From: the human T2T-CHM13v2.0 reference genome, Homo sapiens
Direction: 5' to 3' (one strand)
Length of the DNA: 64,000 bases
NCBI RefSeq assembly: GCF_009914755.1
Contig: NC_060939.1
Shown here: positions 44,110-57,753 of the stretch, piece by piece
Numbering within the stretch: the stretch's first letter is position 1
Layout of the letters: each line of letters begins with the position of its first letter
Position numbers and translations under genes: made by a program
The notes under the pieces: generated by a model
What the model was told of the DNA's origin: nothing
Database searches by the model: none
The model's input: only the letters and a program-made list of their open reading frames with translations

Positions 44110-44295
44110 TAGAGTTGAATGTGGACACCCAGCCACCTGGCTTCACCTCCTGGCTCACTTAACAATTAAACAATTCTACTTAAACAATCTACTTGGCCTG
44201 TCTTTGCCTCAGTCTGCTTATCTGTAGAGAGGGGACAGTAACAGTGTTAAAAAGTGCCTGGCAGAGAGTAAATACTATACCTTGCTATTACTATT
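44110..44295 (+). mobile_element. MIR fragment
   Basis: tttgcctcagtctgcttatctgtagagagggg...aaagtgcctggcagagagta. Confidence 0.65.
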
Positions 44296-46732
44296 ATTCC
44301 TTGGCTTTGCAAATGTTATACCCATGAATTCCCTCCTCCTATGGAATTCTCTCTTTTAATCTCATGTATTTTCTCACTCAGACTCAGCTATCTAAATTAA
44401 CGTGAGTTTGGAACTGGGAAGTATCAGGTACAGAAAAGGCATGGGATTAGGGACCTTCAGCTCTGTGAGGGGCGCAGGAGATCTGAAGAACAGCCTGGAA
44501 GAAGGATGTGGATGGTAAGTCATCGCCTTTGTCCACTTGAGTGTTTTTTAGAGAACTCTAACAAGGGATTGCATGAAGAAATTCGATACAAACAACTATG
44601 TGTCAGTGAGTCTGGGTTCAAATAATAATTTCCCAACAGACCTTCAAAAATACTGTCCAACTTTCTTGTCCACTCAGCCAAACCCGGTCTTCCGGAAGTG
44701 AGCGAGAGTTCATCCTTTCCCAGCGGGTGCAGGTAGAAGGAACAGTGTTCAGAGGGTCCAGGTATTCCCTCCATCTGCTGTGTCATAAGTGATCTACAGG
44801 GGGCTTTTGGCTCCCTGCATTTGCTTGGTTCTTTTAAAAGTGTTAAAAATAAAGCATTTACATCATTCTTTCATACACTTATTATAGTATTATTCATCTT
44901 AGACCAAAGTCTCATTCTAGTATTTTTGATTATAGGCAAGGCAATGGTCCAGATACTTTCTAAAGCAAAACTGCTTTCTGTATATATTGAAGAAAACCAA
45001 TGGGAAGAAGATGTCTAAAGCAAGCATGTGTGAAGGCCTAGGGCTTTTTGTATCAGTATAAACAAAATGCAGCAGGGCATGTCCATGAGTTTCTTTTTGC
45101 CATACTGATGAAAGACTAGAGATGAAAAAGTTACACTGTTCTTTGTGGGGGGAGGAGTAAGCATTAGGATGAAAGTCACTTCCAGAAACCACTAGGTAGG
45201 CATGAGGTTGTAAGGAAGGCTACGCTCCTGGCTTCCTTCCATATTCGTGGTTTTATCCTACTGCCCCTGCCAGACCTCTTATCATAGCTATAAACATTTC
45301 TATAGCTATAAGCATATTTTCATTTGCATGACCTTCACTTATTTCTGCAAAGTCCATAGCTAAAAGTCTTGGACACAGCCGTCACGTGCTGCTCCAGCCA
45401 ACTTCCCATGAGGTCAGTCCTTATGCATCGCCATCCTGACTGTTGGTGGCCGCAGCGCTCATCCTCAGCCCCAGGTGTGCAACAAAAAAGGAGCTTCTCC
45501 CAACTCCTAATTGCATGGAAAGGCTGCAGGTATTTCCTGGCTTTACTTGCATAACCTTTAGGTATGTGTTGTCTGAAACCACGTCTTTCCCATATTGATT
45601 TTTCATGAGGGAGGGACATAATTCTGACAGAGATGTAAAAAGCAACAAAAATGTTCCTCCTTCACCAACATAGAGCCTCCTGCTCTATACCAAACACAGG
45701 GATACAGAGATGAATGGCATGGCCAGGCACGTACAGTGCGAGGGGCTGCAGGCCTGCATGTGGAATGTCTCATCACAGCCTCCAGTTGTCCCAGTAGCAT
45801 GCACAGAGGGCACGGGTGAGTCTGGAGGAGCCATTGAAGACTTCTCTAGGGAGAGACGTTTGTGTGAGATCACAGACGATGTGTGGGCATGTGCCAGGTG
45901 GCAAAGAAGAGAAGGCTTGTGAGGAATGAAACTTGGCATTCATAAAACCAGTGTTTTTCTCAAAAGCCAGTGTCTTGCATTTAAGTGGGATTAGAAATAA
46001 ATATTCCCAACACATGCAGGTGAGGAAGATCTGTGGCCCAGGGCAGCCCAGGAGAGAGGACCTTTCTCTGCCAGGACAGATCCCCTTCAGGAGGCCCCTG
46101 ATGGAAAGGCAGTGGTAGGCCTGGGGATTCCAGGATGTTGGACTCCTGCCCTGGATGGAGAGGCTCAATTTAGGTGAGAAAACCAGCGATGGGCTTTGGG
46201 GCTTCCCTCACCTGTAGATTTCAGATACAGCAGGTAAGGGACAGATCTGGAAAACTACAGAAGGAGTGGGGCCTGGGGTTCAAATGAGGAAGACTCATGG
46301 AAACAGTGGTGATGAGAGGCCAGTAGACACCAATGACCTCAGCCTCCAGAGAACCCTACAAACGCTGACCCAAGATGCGGTCAGATGCAGCCCTTCCTGG
46401 TTGATTAATTTTTGGGCTGCCCAAGTGTGGGGGTGCACACACCAGTGCAGCCCAGGATTTTGTTTTCACAGTGACACCTCTCATCTTCTCTAGGCTTCTC
46501 ACCTCTTAGCCTGGGCTGTCATCCAGGTCTTGGAGAAGTCAAGCAACTTGTCATGGGCAGGAAAAGACAGCCCAGAACCCAGAACCTGGAAATACTGATA
46601 TTTGGGGGAGAGGGTCATGTTTCCCCCAGACATCTCTGCCCCAGCCCTCAGCTGTTGGGATGAAGAGGTGCTACCCGATTACTAAATGGGTGGGTGGATT
46701 GTCCTTGGATTGCATCTAAAATTGCATGTCTA

Positions 46733-46865
46733 TTCATCCATCAATTCACTCAATGAATATTTTGCTCATCTACCACTCAAATAGATTCAGCAAACATTTC
46801 CTGAGCACCTACTTTGTGCCTAGTACTATGTGCTAAATCCTGGGCACACTAATAAGACACATTTC
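46733..46865 (-). mobile_element. L2 3' end
   Basis: attcagcaaacatttcctgagcacctactttgtgcc. Confidence 0.75.
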
Positions 46866-48428
46866 CTATTATTGTTCAAATGTGTGATATATGAATAAGA
46901 CACATATTCTACTACACTTCAGAATACTGATTTTTAATTGCAGTGGGGGAGGAGATAGGTCTGCAAATCACAAAAGGCCTTTCCACCACTTTGCCCCACT
47001 AGGTGGGACTTTCTGTTATTGACTATTGGATTATATCAAGTTCTTCAAACAGGTTAGAGCACACAAAGGGTTAGGAACCACTGATTCAGGTGCCAAAGCC
47101 AAGAAAATAAAATATCTATCAGGAAACGTAAGGATAAGATACATGTCCATGATATACTACAAGTAGGTTGAGAAACTGCTTTCCAAAGTCCTGGAAAACA
47201 AGAATCTTTACAAGGATTCTCTCCAATGGCTGTTCACACATGTGTGGGCTCAGGGACCTGGACAAAGACTGTGTGAGCCATGGGCATGAAGGTTTAATCA
47301 CAGGACATCATTTCTGCCAGGAACAGTGTCATGAAGGAGCTGGAGTGAGCAGGTCCCCAAGGGAGGCAGTATGGAGTGGGACCTGAGCTAGAGGCTGGAA
47401 CTGTGTCTGACTCCACCACGGACTGGCCAGTGTGGGTCCCTCTGGCTGTTCCTGTGCCTGCCTGTCCTCAGCCTCAGCAAAATGAGCAGCGAGAGAAGGT
47501 GATACCAAGATCCGTTCCAGCTCCCGAGCCTCTGACTCCAGCTGCCTGGCTCTGAAATCACCGGCTGCCCCCTGAAGTCCACCACTCTCCTGTTGGTGCC
47601 CGTGCTCCTTCCCCTGAATCACAAGGGCACTGGCCGTGTCCCTATTGTCCTGGCTGTGTACAACCTCTACCAAGGGGTTACCCCGTCTAGATCATCTCCT
47701 TGGTCCTTATCAGCAATTTGGGCTTCCCTTTCTTCCTGTGTCCTCTCTCTGTGAGATGGTAAGTGTGGTAAAACAAACAAGCAAGCAAACAAAACCACCG
47801 TCCTGCTTGAAAAGCAATTTAAAGGCAGAGGGATTTTAGAATAGCGCACCTTCCACCTAGTCATCCCTGGATCCCGTTTCCTTACATCCTTTCAGATCCC
47901 CTTCCACCTGGAAGTGTGCGCCTCCAAAAGCAGTGGCAGGTTCTGCTTCACACCCCAAGAATGACGCCTGGCATACACTGATCCTGCTGCCTTAGGAGGA
48001 GATACTCAAGCGCTGGAAGTCTGCCCTGCCTGCAGAAAAGGCTCCGTTCAGCAGCTGCATACTGCATTTTCCATGTGTATGTGACTTTAACACAGGGGAG
48101 AGAGAGGGCTACTGTCTTGCCACCCAGATGTGTATTATAGATGTACACGGGACTAGTATCCATGTGTACAGCATCCTGTATGGTGTGTATGCAACATGCA
48201 TACCATATATAGGTAATGTGTTGAGATCTGGGCAGACTTCCGATAGCGTTTGCATGAGTAAGGAAACCTGCCTGTCTCTTGGTCCTTTTAATGGTGACCT
48301 GACCTGAATAGCTGTTTACATTTTTTTATTTAAAAAAAAATCTCCAAAGCAATGGTCTCCACGTGCCAGTCCCTGAACAATGAAGTTTTCAACAGCTTCC
48401 ATAAAAACAAATAAAGCAGGACAATGTA

Positions 48429-48747
48429 CAGTTAGCCCTCCATATCCATGGGTTCTGCATTCCTGGATTCAACTAACTGCAGAGCAAAAAACAAAAAAAT
48501 TTTAATGCATCTGTACTGAACAAGTGCAGAGGTTTTTGGTTACTATTCCCTAAACAAAACAGTATGACAACTATCAACATTGCATTTTCATTGTATTTGG
48601 TATTGTAAGTAATCTAGAAATGGGAAGATGTGTGAAGGTTATCTGCAAATACAACACCATTTTATATCAGAGACTTTAGCATCCATGGATTCTGGGATCC
48701 AGGGGGGTTCCTGGAACTAGTCTCCCATGGATACCAAGGGACGACTG
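48429..48747. mobile_element. MER2 (TcMar-Tigger MITE)
   Basis: TIRs cagttagccctccatatccatggg / cccatggataccaagggacgactg; TA TSDs. Confidence 0.9.
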
Positions 48748-48944
48748 TACTGTTTTCAGAAAATAAACTATAATCAACCTGAGATTATGTCCTTCTTACT
48801 TTTTCTGAAGTTAAAACATTTTTTCTTAATCAAATGATTGTGACAATAAATTATTTTAAAACATTAGGTAATTACTGGCAAAATAAAAAGACCCTCCCCC
48901 CACTTTTAATTTAGTGCTTTGTAAATTAAAAAAATCTGGTAACT

Positions 48945-49242
48945 GGCCAAGCGCCGTGCCGTAGCTCTTAGCTGTAATCCCAGCACTTTGGGAGGCCGAG
49001 GTGGGCAGATCACGAGGTCAGGAGTTTGAGACCAGCCTGACCAACATGGTGAAACCCTGTCTTTACTAAAAGTACAAAAATTAGCCGGGCATGGTGGTAC
49101 GCACCTGTAATCCCAACTAGTCAGGAGGCTGAGGCAGGAGAATCACTTGAATCTGAGAGGCAAAGGTTGCAGTGAGCCAAGATTGTGCCACTGAACTCCA
49201 GCCTGGGCAACAGAGCAAGACTCTGTCTAAAAAAAAAAAAAA
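48945..49242 (+). mobile_element. AluS (Sg-like)
   Basis: gatcacgaggtcaggagtt; TSD aaaaaatctgg(t/a)aac. Confidence 0.95.
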
Positions 49243-49399
49243 TCTGGAAACCACCAATCTGTTGGGTAAAATTCCATGTTGGGTGATGTATTTGGGTTCT
49301 GTATTATATAGTTATTGAAGGAGAGAAGGAAGGAACAAAGGAAGGAAGGAAAAAAGGAAGGAAGGAACAAAAGGAGAAGGGAAAATTCAAGTACACCTG

Positions 49400-50420
49400 C
49401 ATGGAAAAAAGTTACCTTAGGTAATATTCAAAGATCGATGACAACTATGGAAATTATTTACAATTTATAGCACAAATATTTCTTAATATCAGTAAGGACT
49501 ATAAGCCAATAGAAAACTGATTAACACCTACAAATAGTGTTAAAAGAAAAAGAAATACTTTTTTACCCAAAATAACTACAAGATAGCAGTTTTCACTGCT
49601 AGATTTGCCGTCATTCAGAGTTTGATTATTCACCGTGCTGAGGATGTTGTGTTGTGGGAAACCTACATGCTCATAGGAGTGTAAATTGCTATAACTGTAT
49701 GGAGAGAAATTTAGCGACGTTTTCATAGGGTGATTCCACTTTGAGGATTTAATCCTGCACATGTATTTGCACATGTGTAAAATGACGTATGTACAATGTT
49801 AGTCTTTGAAGCATTTCTGCAGTAGCAAGAAATTAGGAATATCATCTAAATTCCCATCCACTGGGGTCTAAGCAGACATGGAACACCCATAGAATGGAAG
49901 ACTGTGCATGTCTGTATGTATATATGTACGTATTTGTTTTTTGAGGCAGAATCTTTCTCTGTCACCCAGGCGGGAGTGCAGTGGTGCGATCTGGGCTCAC
50001 TGTGACCTCTGCTTCCCAGGTTCAAGCGATTCTCCTGCTTCAGCCTCCTGAGTAGCTGGGATTACAGGCATGGGCCACCACACTGGGCTAATTTTTGTAT
50101 TTTTAGTAGAGACGGGGTTTCGCCATGTTGGCCAGGCTGGTCTCAAACTCCTGACCTTAGGTGATCTGCCCACCTCGCTTTGCAAAGTGCTGGGATTACA
50201 GGCGTGAGCCACCGTGCCTGGCTGACTGTGCATGTATTTAAAAGGATGAAGTAGTCTGTATGAACTGATAGGACATTATCACTGAGATCTGGTGAAGTGG
50301 AAAAAGTATAGCCAAGTACATGTGCACAGTAGACCACCATGTGAGTAGAACAAACAAACAAAAAATGACTGTAAAACCCTGTTGATCCATAGCTATCTCT
50401 GGTGATACAAGTACACAAGA
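49400..50420 (+). mobile_element. Degraded L1ME 3' fragments
   Basis: gctcataggagtgtaaattg...attccactttgaggatttaatcct. Confidence 0.6.
49912..50223 (-). mobile_element. AluS
   Basis: Full dimer; TSD gactgtgcatgt. Confidence 0.95.
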
Positions 50421-50427
50421 AACTGGT

Positions 50428-50822
50428 TGTATTAGTTTGCTAGGGCTGTCGTTAACATAGTACCACAACCGGGTGGTTTAAACAACAGAAATATATTGTC
50501 CGGAGTCTGGAAGTCCAAGATCAAGGTGTCAGCAGGGTTGATTCCTTCTGAGGCCTCTCTTCTTAGCCTGTAGAAGGCCGTCCTCTCTGTCTTCCTATAA
50601 TCTTCCTTCTGTGTGTGTCTGTGTGTCTCCTTGTCCAAATTTTCCCTTTGTATAAGAACCCAATCTAGTTTATAAGAAATTAAACTAAGGCCCTCCCTAA
50701 GACCTCATTTTAACTTGATTACCTCTGTAATGACACTGTCTCCAAATAAGGTCACCTTCAGATACTAGGGGTTGGGACTTCCACATATCTTTTTTGGGAA
50801 GATCCCAATTCAGCCTACAACA
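50428..50822 (-). mobile_element. MLT1A/B solo LTR
   Basis: tgtattagtttgctagggctg...aaca; 5-bp TSD ctggt/ctgat. Confidence 0.9.
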
Positions 50823-53584
50823 CTGATTAGCAGTAATGGCCACAGAGGGAGGAGAATTGATGGCCAAAGCTGCGAGGGAAACTTGTTGAACAATTTTGAC
50901 CTTTCTGCATATACAGCCTAATTAAAAATTAAAACAAGTTTAAAACTGCAGAAGAAAAGAATGAGGGTGGAGAAATGGCCAAATAACTTCACAAAAGGAA
51001 AGTGTTGTAGGTACTTGAGGTCAAAACAGCAGTGGAGCAGTGGAAGGGCATGGTTCAAGAGGTGAGGATTTAGGATGGGAAGGAGAGCAGGGTCGGTGAA
51101 GGAAAAAGAAAAGGTGTGAGTAGGGGCTTTGGGATACAAGATGTCAGAGCACCTAGCACTCACCAGTCTCTCAGGGACACTTGGTGACACTGGGGAGCCC
51201 GGTCCAGCATGAGTGTGGAATCTGTGTTCACCCCCAGCAGCCTGCCCCCTGGTCACCCCAACCACTGAGGCTTTTTTGGACATGGCGTGATGACCTGATT
51301 TGGCGTTTTGTTGTCATTTGGGGTAAATGTCAGAAGGTGTGGAGGGCACTGTGATGTGGACCCTGATGTGCTGTGCTTGCTGCTCCCACACACTACACTA
51401 CTGCTGACGTATAACAAAAATGTGAATGGGCGATGAATGCCAAGAAGTAGGGGAAAATTACATAACAAAGACACCTCTTTGAATCCTTTGAATCTGAGCA
51501 CTTTTTGGTAACCCTGTCCTTCAATAGGCATTATAGTATTTTTGTGGTTTGCTCTGCAGTTGAAAGGGAAGAAAAGACCCTTGGATGTTGCTGTCCCTTG
51601 CTTGGGATTCTGCAGATCTTGTACTACTGTTTTGTTGCACAATGTACCTCCTGGTGTCAGACAAGGAAACCCTTATCTCTTCTGCGAGTGGAGACAGATG
51701 GTTCTTCCCAGAAGTCAATGGTCAGTTCTTCCTTATGGAAGGACAAGGAAAATTCATGTCCTTTGGCCAACTGATGGCTCCATTAACAACCTTCAAAGCC
51801 TCTGCAAAAACCGTAGTCTCAACCAGGATGTTGATTTACTGGTCATGGCAAGAGTGAAAAGAAAAATCCTGGGATCTGTGGTCTGAAATATTTTTAGATG
51901 GTCTAAAAGGGCAAGACTTTAGAACTCAGTTTCAGTTCAACTAAAAAAACATCCTTTGACTGCCTGCTGCCTACTAGATTCTGAAATAAGTGTTGATGAA
52001 ACAGCAAGGAATATGACATGTGGAGTTTTATCCTTCAGGAACTTTTAATCCAGTGGAGAAGAGATGTAAACAGGTGTCGTGAGTTTAAATCCAGCACACA
52101 ACTCTACTTTTGTAAAACTCCGTTTCCACTTCAAGTCCCCCTCCCTGCTTTTGAGGCCTCACATGGCGCAAGGTCTCCCTGCACAGGTGGTTAGACATCC
52201 ACCTGGGGCTGTACTAAGACACTCCCATTCCCTGAGGCCCTGTCAGTGGCTCTTCTGGCCCCTTCTGATCATCCCTGATATTCCAGCCCTCTTGGGGTGA
52301 CACATCTCTCTGGGACATAGACAACCTTTTCTCCTGGGCACTGCAGACACTGGGTGTTCCAGCCATAGAGGATCACTTCCTACGTGGTCGTTCCTGCCTC
52401 TCTCCAGGAAGGTGTGATGATGGCCTCTGTCTGAAGTCCTTTTCTCCACCACAGTCGTTCCCACACAGAAGACGGCCTTGGCTGTGCAAAGCCATCCCCT
52501 CCAGCTCTCCACCGTCAGGGCTGCTCCCTCCTCTCCCACAGGGCTGTCTTGAGCCCCAGTAGTCCCCTAGTGGCCCCACACACTAGAGGCTTTCCTTAAG
52601 GAGCAGCGGCATGGGCTGGCTTCCCTCTGGCAGCTCCATGGCACTTTCTCTCTTGCCTGTCACCTCGTCTTTGCCACCTTAGCATAGTCACCGGCTTCCC
52701 TGTAGCTCTGAAGGCTCACAAACTCTTCCTAGTGTCTGCAGAAGTTCCTGCGAGTTCTCTTCAGTGGTTTTCTATGGAGAAATAAGCAGTCTTAAGACAA
52801 AACAAAAAGAAGAACGCTTGTCAGTCCCTCAACGCCGAGGGCCGTCTTAGCCATGTGAGCTCTTTGGGGCCTGGCTTTTCCCTTTTTAGCCTGGCCATGA
52901 ACTCCTGGAACAAGATAAGTCCGCTTATGCCGTGCTCCGTTGCATACTTCCTGCCTGTGGTGACAGTCATGACATTTTATTAAGTAAGAAGACCAGGGAA
53001 GACCTGCTGAGGAACAGGCTTTGGGTCTGAGATCGAAAGGTTGCCTAGTACTAAGAACCTTGCAAATGGAGCAACAGAGTGTTCTGTGCAAAGTGGCATG
53101 CGGTGCAGAGGAAGCGTTACTACCTGATGTTGTTTCATATCGTTATTTACTAAACAGTTAATTGTCTTTCTTGCTCACAGTGGATTCCACAGCACCTACA
53201 TTAGTGCCCAGCACAGCAAACATGTGTCAATAAATATGCACTGGAAGGTTATTCATTGCCCAAATCAAATTGGTGGGCACCTTCTCGGCCGATCATCACT
53301 GTCTCAGTGATGTCTAAACCACATTTAGATACCAGTTGTCCTAGAGAGACGCAGCACTTTTGGCCGTGCTTCTCTTTCCTCACTCTTGGCCCTTTCCTCA
53401 CTCTGGGCACCCTGCAGCTGACAGCCCACTTGGCTCCAGGAGCTTGGAGAGAGGCGTGCTGACCTCTGCTCAACAAGGGCTTGTCAAGAGCTTTGTGAAA
53501 TCCCTGCTTGGACAAGTAGCCCGGAATTCTTATCAGGAAAGGAGGTTGTGGAAGTGGGTGTCATGCTGTCACTATCTCTGATGT

Positions 53585-54992
53585 TGATATAGGAGTTAAG
53601 AAGAAATTATTTAGGTGGATAGTGAGCTAAAGAAGTCCTTGGTAAGGTTTTCCTTTTAATGAAAAGCCGCCCCAAAATAATTTCTTTTCTATCAAACAGC
53701 AGCCTCTAAAATCACTTTGCAAACATAGGCAAGCTGGAAGCTTGTGGGGGGGAACGCTGGGAGCTGCACCAATAGGAAAAGGCTAGGTGGGGAAGACATG
53801 TTCTGTGTGGCTGCTCCGTCTTCTCCTTTCCTTGTCAATCACATACACAGTAGGGAGCAGGCAACATGGCACTGGCCCAGTACAGACCACATTTGCATAA
53901 TACACCATTCGGGTAGGGCTGCCAGCCTCTTGCATGCTTTGTAAATGTTGTGTCTGGAATTTGGTTCTTTCCGGTGGGTTCTTGGTCGGGCTGACTTCAA
54001 GAATGAAGCCGCGGACCCTTGGGGTGAGTGTTACAGTTCTTAAAGATGGTGTATCCAGTTTGTTCCTTCATATGTTCCGATGAGTCTGGAGTTTCTTCCT
54101 TCTGGTGGGTTCGTCGTGTTGCTGGTCTCCAGCGAGAGTCTTCACTTCTGACTCTAAAAATGAAGCCGCAGACCTTCGCAGGGTGCATTACAGCTCTTAA
54201 AGGTGTCACGTATAGAGTCGTTTGATCCTCCCCATGGGTTCGTGGTCAGGCTGGCTTCAACAGTGAAGTTTGTGGTCTCCATGGCTTTAGGAGTGAAGCT
54301 GCAGACCTTTGTGGTGAGTGTTACAGCTCATAAAGGTAATGCAGACCCAAACAGTGAACAGCAGTAAGATTTATTGCAAAAACCTGAATGACAAACTTTC
54401 CACAGTGTCGCACAGGACCCAGCAGATTGCCACTGCTGGCTTGGGTGGCCTGCTTTTATTCCCTTATTTGGCCCCACCCACATCCTGCTGATTGGTCTGT
54501 TTTACAGAGAGCTGATTGGTCCATTTTACAGAGTGCTGAGTGGTCCGTTTTACAGAGTGCTGATTGGTCCGTTTTTATAGAGTGCTGATTGGTGCGTTTG
54601 CAAACCTTTAGCTAGACACAGAGCACTGATTGGTGCATTTACAATTCTTTAGCTAGACAGAAAAGTTCTCCAAGTCCCCACCCGACCCAGAAGCCCAGCG
54701 GGCTTCACCTCTCAATGTCACAACGGGTCCAACCAATCTTTGGGTCATGTGTAAATCAAACACCACCTCTCAAGCCTGTCTATAAAATGTGGTGCATTCT
54801 GCCATATGCTGGAAGTCCCATTGAGGCGCCCCTCTCACTTGCAAGAGAGAGAGCTATTCTCCTTCTCTTTCTCTTTCTTTTGCCTATGAAAGTTCCACTC
54901 TTAATCCCATTCCACGTGTGTCCGTGTCCTTGATTTCCTTGGCATGAGGCACCAAACCTTGGGTATTTACCCCAGACAACAATGCCGCTTCA
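53585..54992 (+). mobile_element. MER61-like ERV1 solo LTR split by LTR12
   Basis: tgatataggagttaagaagaaattatttagg...gccgcttca; TSD atgt/gtgt. Confidence 0.8.
53949..54714 (-). mobile_element. LTR12 (ERV9) solo LTR
   Basis: gacttcaagaatgaagccgcggacc repeats, tandem gctgattggt units, ggcttcacctctca end; perfect TSD atgt. Confidence 0.92.
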
Positions 54993-55023
54993 GTGTTACG
55001 CTCCTGGTTTGGAAATTAATCAC

Positions 55024-55025
<2 letters not shown>

Positions 55026-55074
<49 letters not shown>
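55026..55074. repeat. (TG)n microsatellite, about 24 units
   Basis: Uninterrupted TG run. Confidence 0.98.
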
Positions 55075-55077
<3 letters not shown>

Positions 55078-55249
55078 AGCAGGTTAATTTTTAAAGACCT
55101 TTATTTTCCTGGCTTCATTTTATTTTTAAAAAGAGAATTAGGAATCTTTTCTAGTTAAAAAACATCTGCCCTTGCCATTCTGTATACTTATGGCCAGATC
55201 CCGGATGCTGCTTTATCAGTTCGTGTTCTCTGCCTCGTTGTTTTAGGCT

Positions 55250-55504
55250 TGCATTTTCCTTATTTCACTAAGGGTCAAGACTATCGCAATAAGGGAGAGA
55301 GACAGAACTCAACTCCAAGTACAGCAATGACATCTGGGGATTTGTAGCCAACAGGCAAGGAGACAGGATCAATGGATGAAAAATTACTAAGAGGGATTTG
55401 ATGAGTTGTCAAAGGTGGGGATTGAAACTGGGCTTAGCAGGCCAAGGACAAGGCTTAGTTAAGAAGAGGGTTCCAGGAGCCTGGCTAGGAGGGAGTCCTT
55501 ATCA
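55250..55504 (-). mobile_element. MER31/MER67-like LTR remnant
   Basis: gactatcgcaataagggagagagacagaactcaactcc...ggagtccttatca. Confidence 0.55.
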
Positions 55505-57072
55505 AAATTCAGTGACAAAAGAAGCTTGGTATGCTAGAGAACAGTTCATGTGGCATTTAACTCAGGAACTCTGACATGAACTAGACTATTGTGATCGGGG
55601 GAGGAGGCATAAGAAAGGGGCTGCACAGACGTCCTTGAAATGTAGGGTCAGGGGAGTCAGGAAGGCCAGAGAGAGACATCACCTGCTGGAGCCCTGACCG
55701 TCCCTGCAGGGGCGAGAACTGTAGCCTGAAGAGGCAAAAGACAGATGGGTGGACTGTGTTTTAACATGGAAATGGCTCCTTTTGATCTGGCTGGGCTACC
55801 AACGTGTAACAATGGAAAGGAACAACAAGGCATCAGGCATGAATGTGATTGGTGAGCCCAAGGCCGACCCACAGAAGCCCTGTGGGCAGTGCCCTGTGTG
55901 TTTTTGAGAGCTGTGTCAGCTCCGTGGAGGAAGCAGGAGCTTGCAGGCTCATCCCCAATCTGTGTCTTGGAGGATGAGGGCATCCAACCTGCCTCCTGCA
56001 TGGGCGAGTGCCAGGGCATAGCCTGCTTGAGGGCAGGTGAGGTCGTAGGGATGAGAGAGTCATTTTTATGGCCCTAAATTCCACGACTAAATGTATTCTC
56101 ATTATACATTTATGCTTTTTAGAGAGCACGTCACAGAATTGAGCTCATTTTAAGCAAGGTTTCCACATGTTTACATATATTTCTGAAGCTAGATGGAAAG
56201 AAAAGACATATGGGGGAATTCCAAAAGTGGCTTCTGCATGCTGCCCATTGAACGTTTGCTCAGGAACACTGCACTGATAGTATCGTGGGTGGAGCCAACA
56301 GTTATCCCAGGAGAAGGCAGAGCCTGGCGACCCTGACCCTGGGACCCTGGCACAGGCCTGAACACTGGCACGCATGTAAGGAAGGTGGAAAATGCTTCCA
56401 GGTGCCTTTTGAGTTCCAGATGCCATTGAAGACAGCAGAGAGGCTCAACCCAGCCAGTAGACCTTCTACCTTCATTGCAAGGATGCTTTTTAAATCTTTA
56501 CTTAGAAAGTTCAGTTCCTTGGCTCGCACAAAGGACAATGTGAAGAACAATTGAACTGCTGAGAGCATCCAGATTCGACAACATTCGGAGAGACAGTCAG
56601 TGACTGATGAGAGGAACCAGCTTATATTTCTGAAGCTCGGAGGCCTGCTGCCAGGACTCTTATTTAAAACGTGCCTCAGAATAGGCCACTGTGGGCGCCA
56701 GCAAGACTAGCCTCAGAATACTTTGGAATAACCCCATGCTTTCGTGGCCAAAGCTGTATATTTTTGGATGCCAGGTTTCTATTTGAAACTTGTCACTGTG
56801 ACCTGCAGACTGTGCTGGTTTGTAGCTGCTGCCAATCGCACAGTCGGTGAGTTTTTCTCCCTGAGTGAGGATCCAGAAATGCATGCCCAGCTGAGCTCCC
56901 AGCATATTGATAATCTCCTCACCCCTTGAATGAAAATGATAACAATTGCTTCAGTTAAAATGTCAGATGCTTTTGGTTAAAAATAACCACAGAAATCCTA
57001 ATTTTAGCTACCTCAACCACAAAGGGGAGTGTTGGCCTGAATCACAGTCTGGAAGGAAGATCCGGTGATAGG

Positions 57073-57753
57073 TGTTGGGGCACAGGAAATGATTCCCCAA
57101 AATATGGCGCTTTGGCATGCAGAGTGCTTTGACAATTGAAAGGCCTCCAAAATAAGCCTTAGGGTCAAGGTTTCTCTCTGACTTTTTCCCCACCTCTTTG
57201 TCTCCCTGATACTCTTTCCTGAAGCACCAAGAGGGACTCTTCTCTAGAATTTCCTTATCTAAGAAAGCTTAAATGCAATTGTCTTAAGACTCCCTCCTTA
57301 GGAATCTCATTAAAGAAGCAGGACCATCAAGCACAGAAGAGAAAAGACTCAGAGTCTTCACTGTGCCCAGACGGACTTTTCATCTATTCTTCTAAGAGCA
57401 GCTCCAAGAGATTACCTGGGGGGCTTTACCTGCAGAATAAGACAACCTTTGTTCCTGTGCAGCTCTGACCCCACTTTCCCAGAGCATCTGCCTCCTGCCT
57501 TTGGGGTCCATTCATCTTCCCTAATGATTTCCTGCCCATCAAAAGATCATCTACATTTCCCATCACCTCCACCCCTAGGAAAGGGTAAATGAGCTTCTGT
57601 AGGGCACCGAGTAAGTGGGTGATCACTCTGTGATTGTCCCCTGTGCACATTAATACATTTGTTTGTCTTTTTTCTCTGTTAATCTGCCTTTCGTCAGTTG
57701 ATTTTCAGCAAGCCTTCAGAGGGCCAAAGGGAAGTTTCTCCTTCACTCCTACA
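57073..57753 (+). mobile_element. MER39-like ERV1 solo LTR
   Basis: tgttggggcacaggaaatgattccccaaaatatggcgctttggcatgc...cctaca; perfect TSD tagg. Confidence 0.88.

Noticed and set aside
43520-44227. 235-aa ORF
   Set aside because: Non-ATG start, spans L1-derived and MIR sequence, no recognisable domain.
52560-52578. CTCF-like motifs (also ~47565, ~51240, ~14707)
   Set aside because: Each has mismatches at core positions; not supportable without ChIP data.
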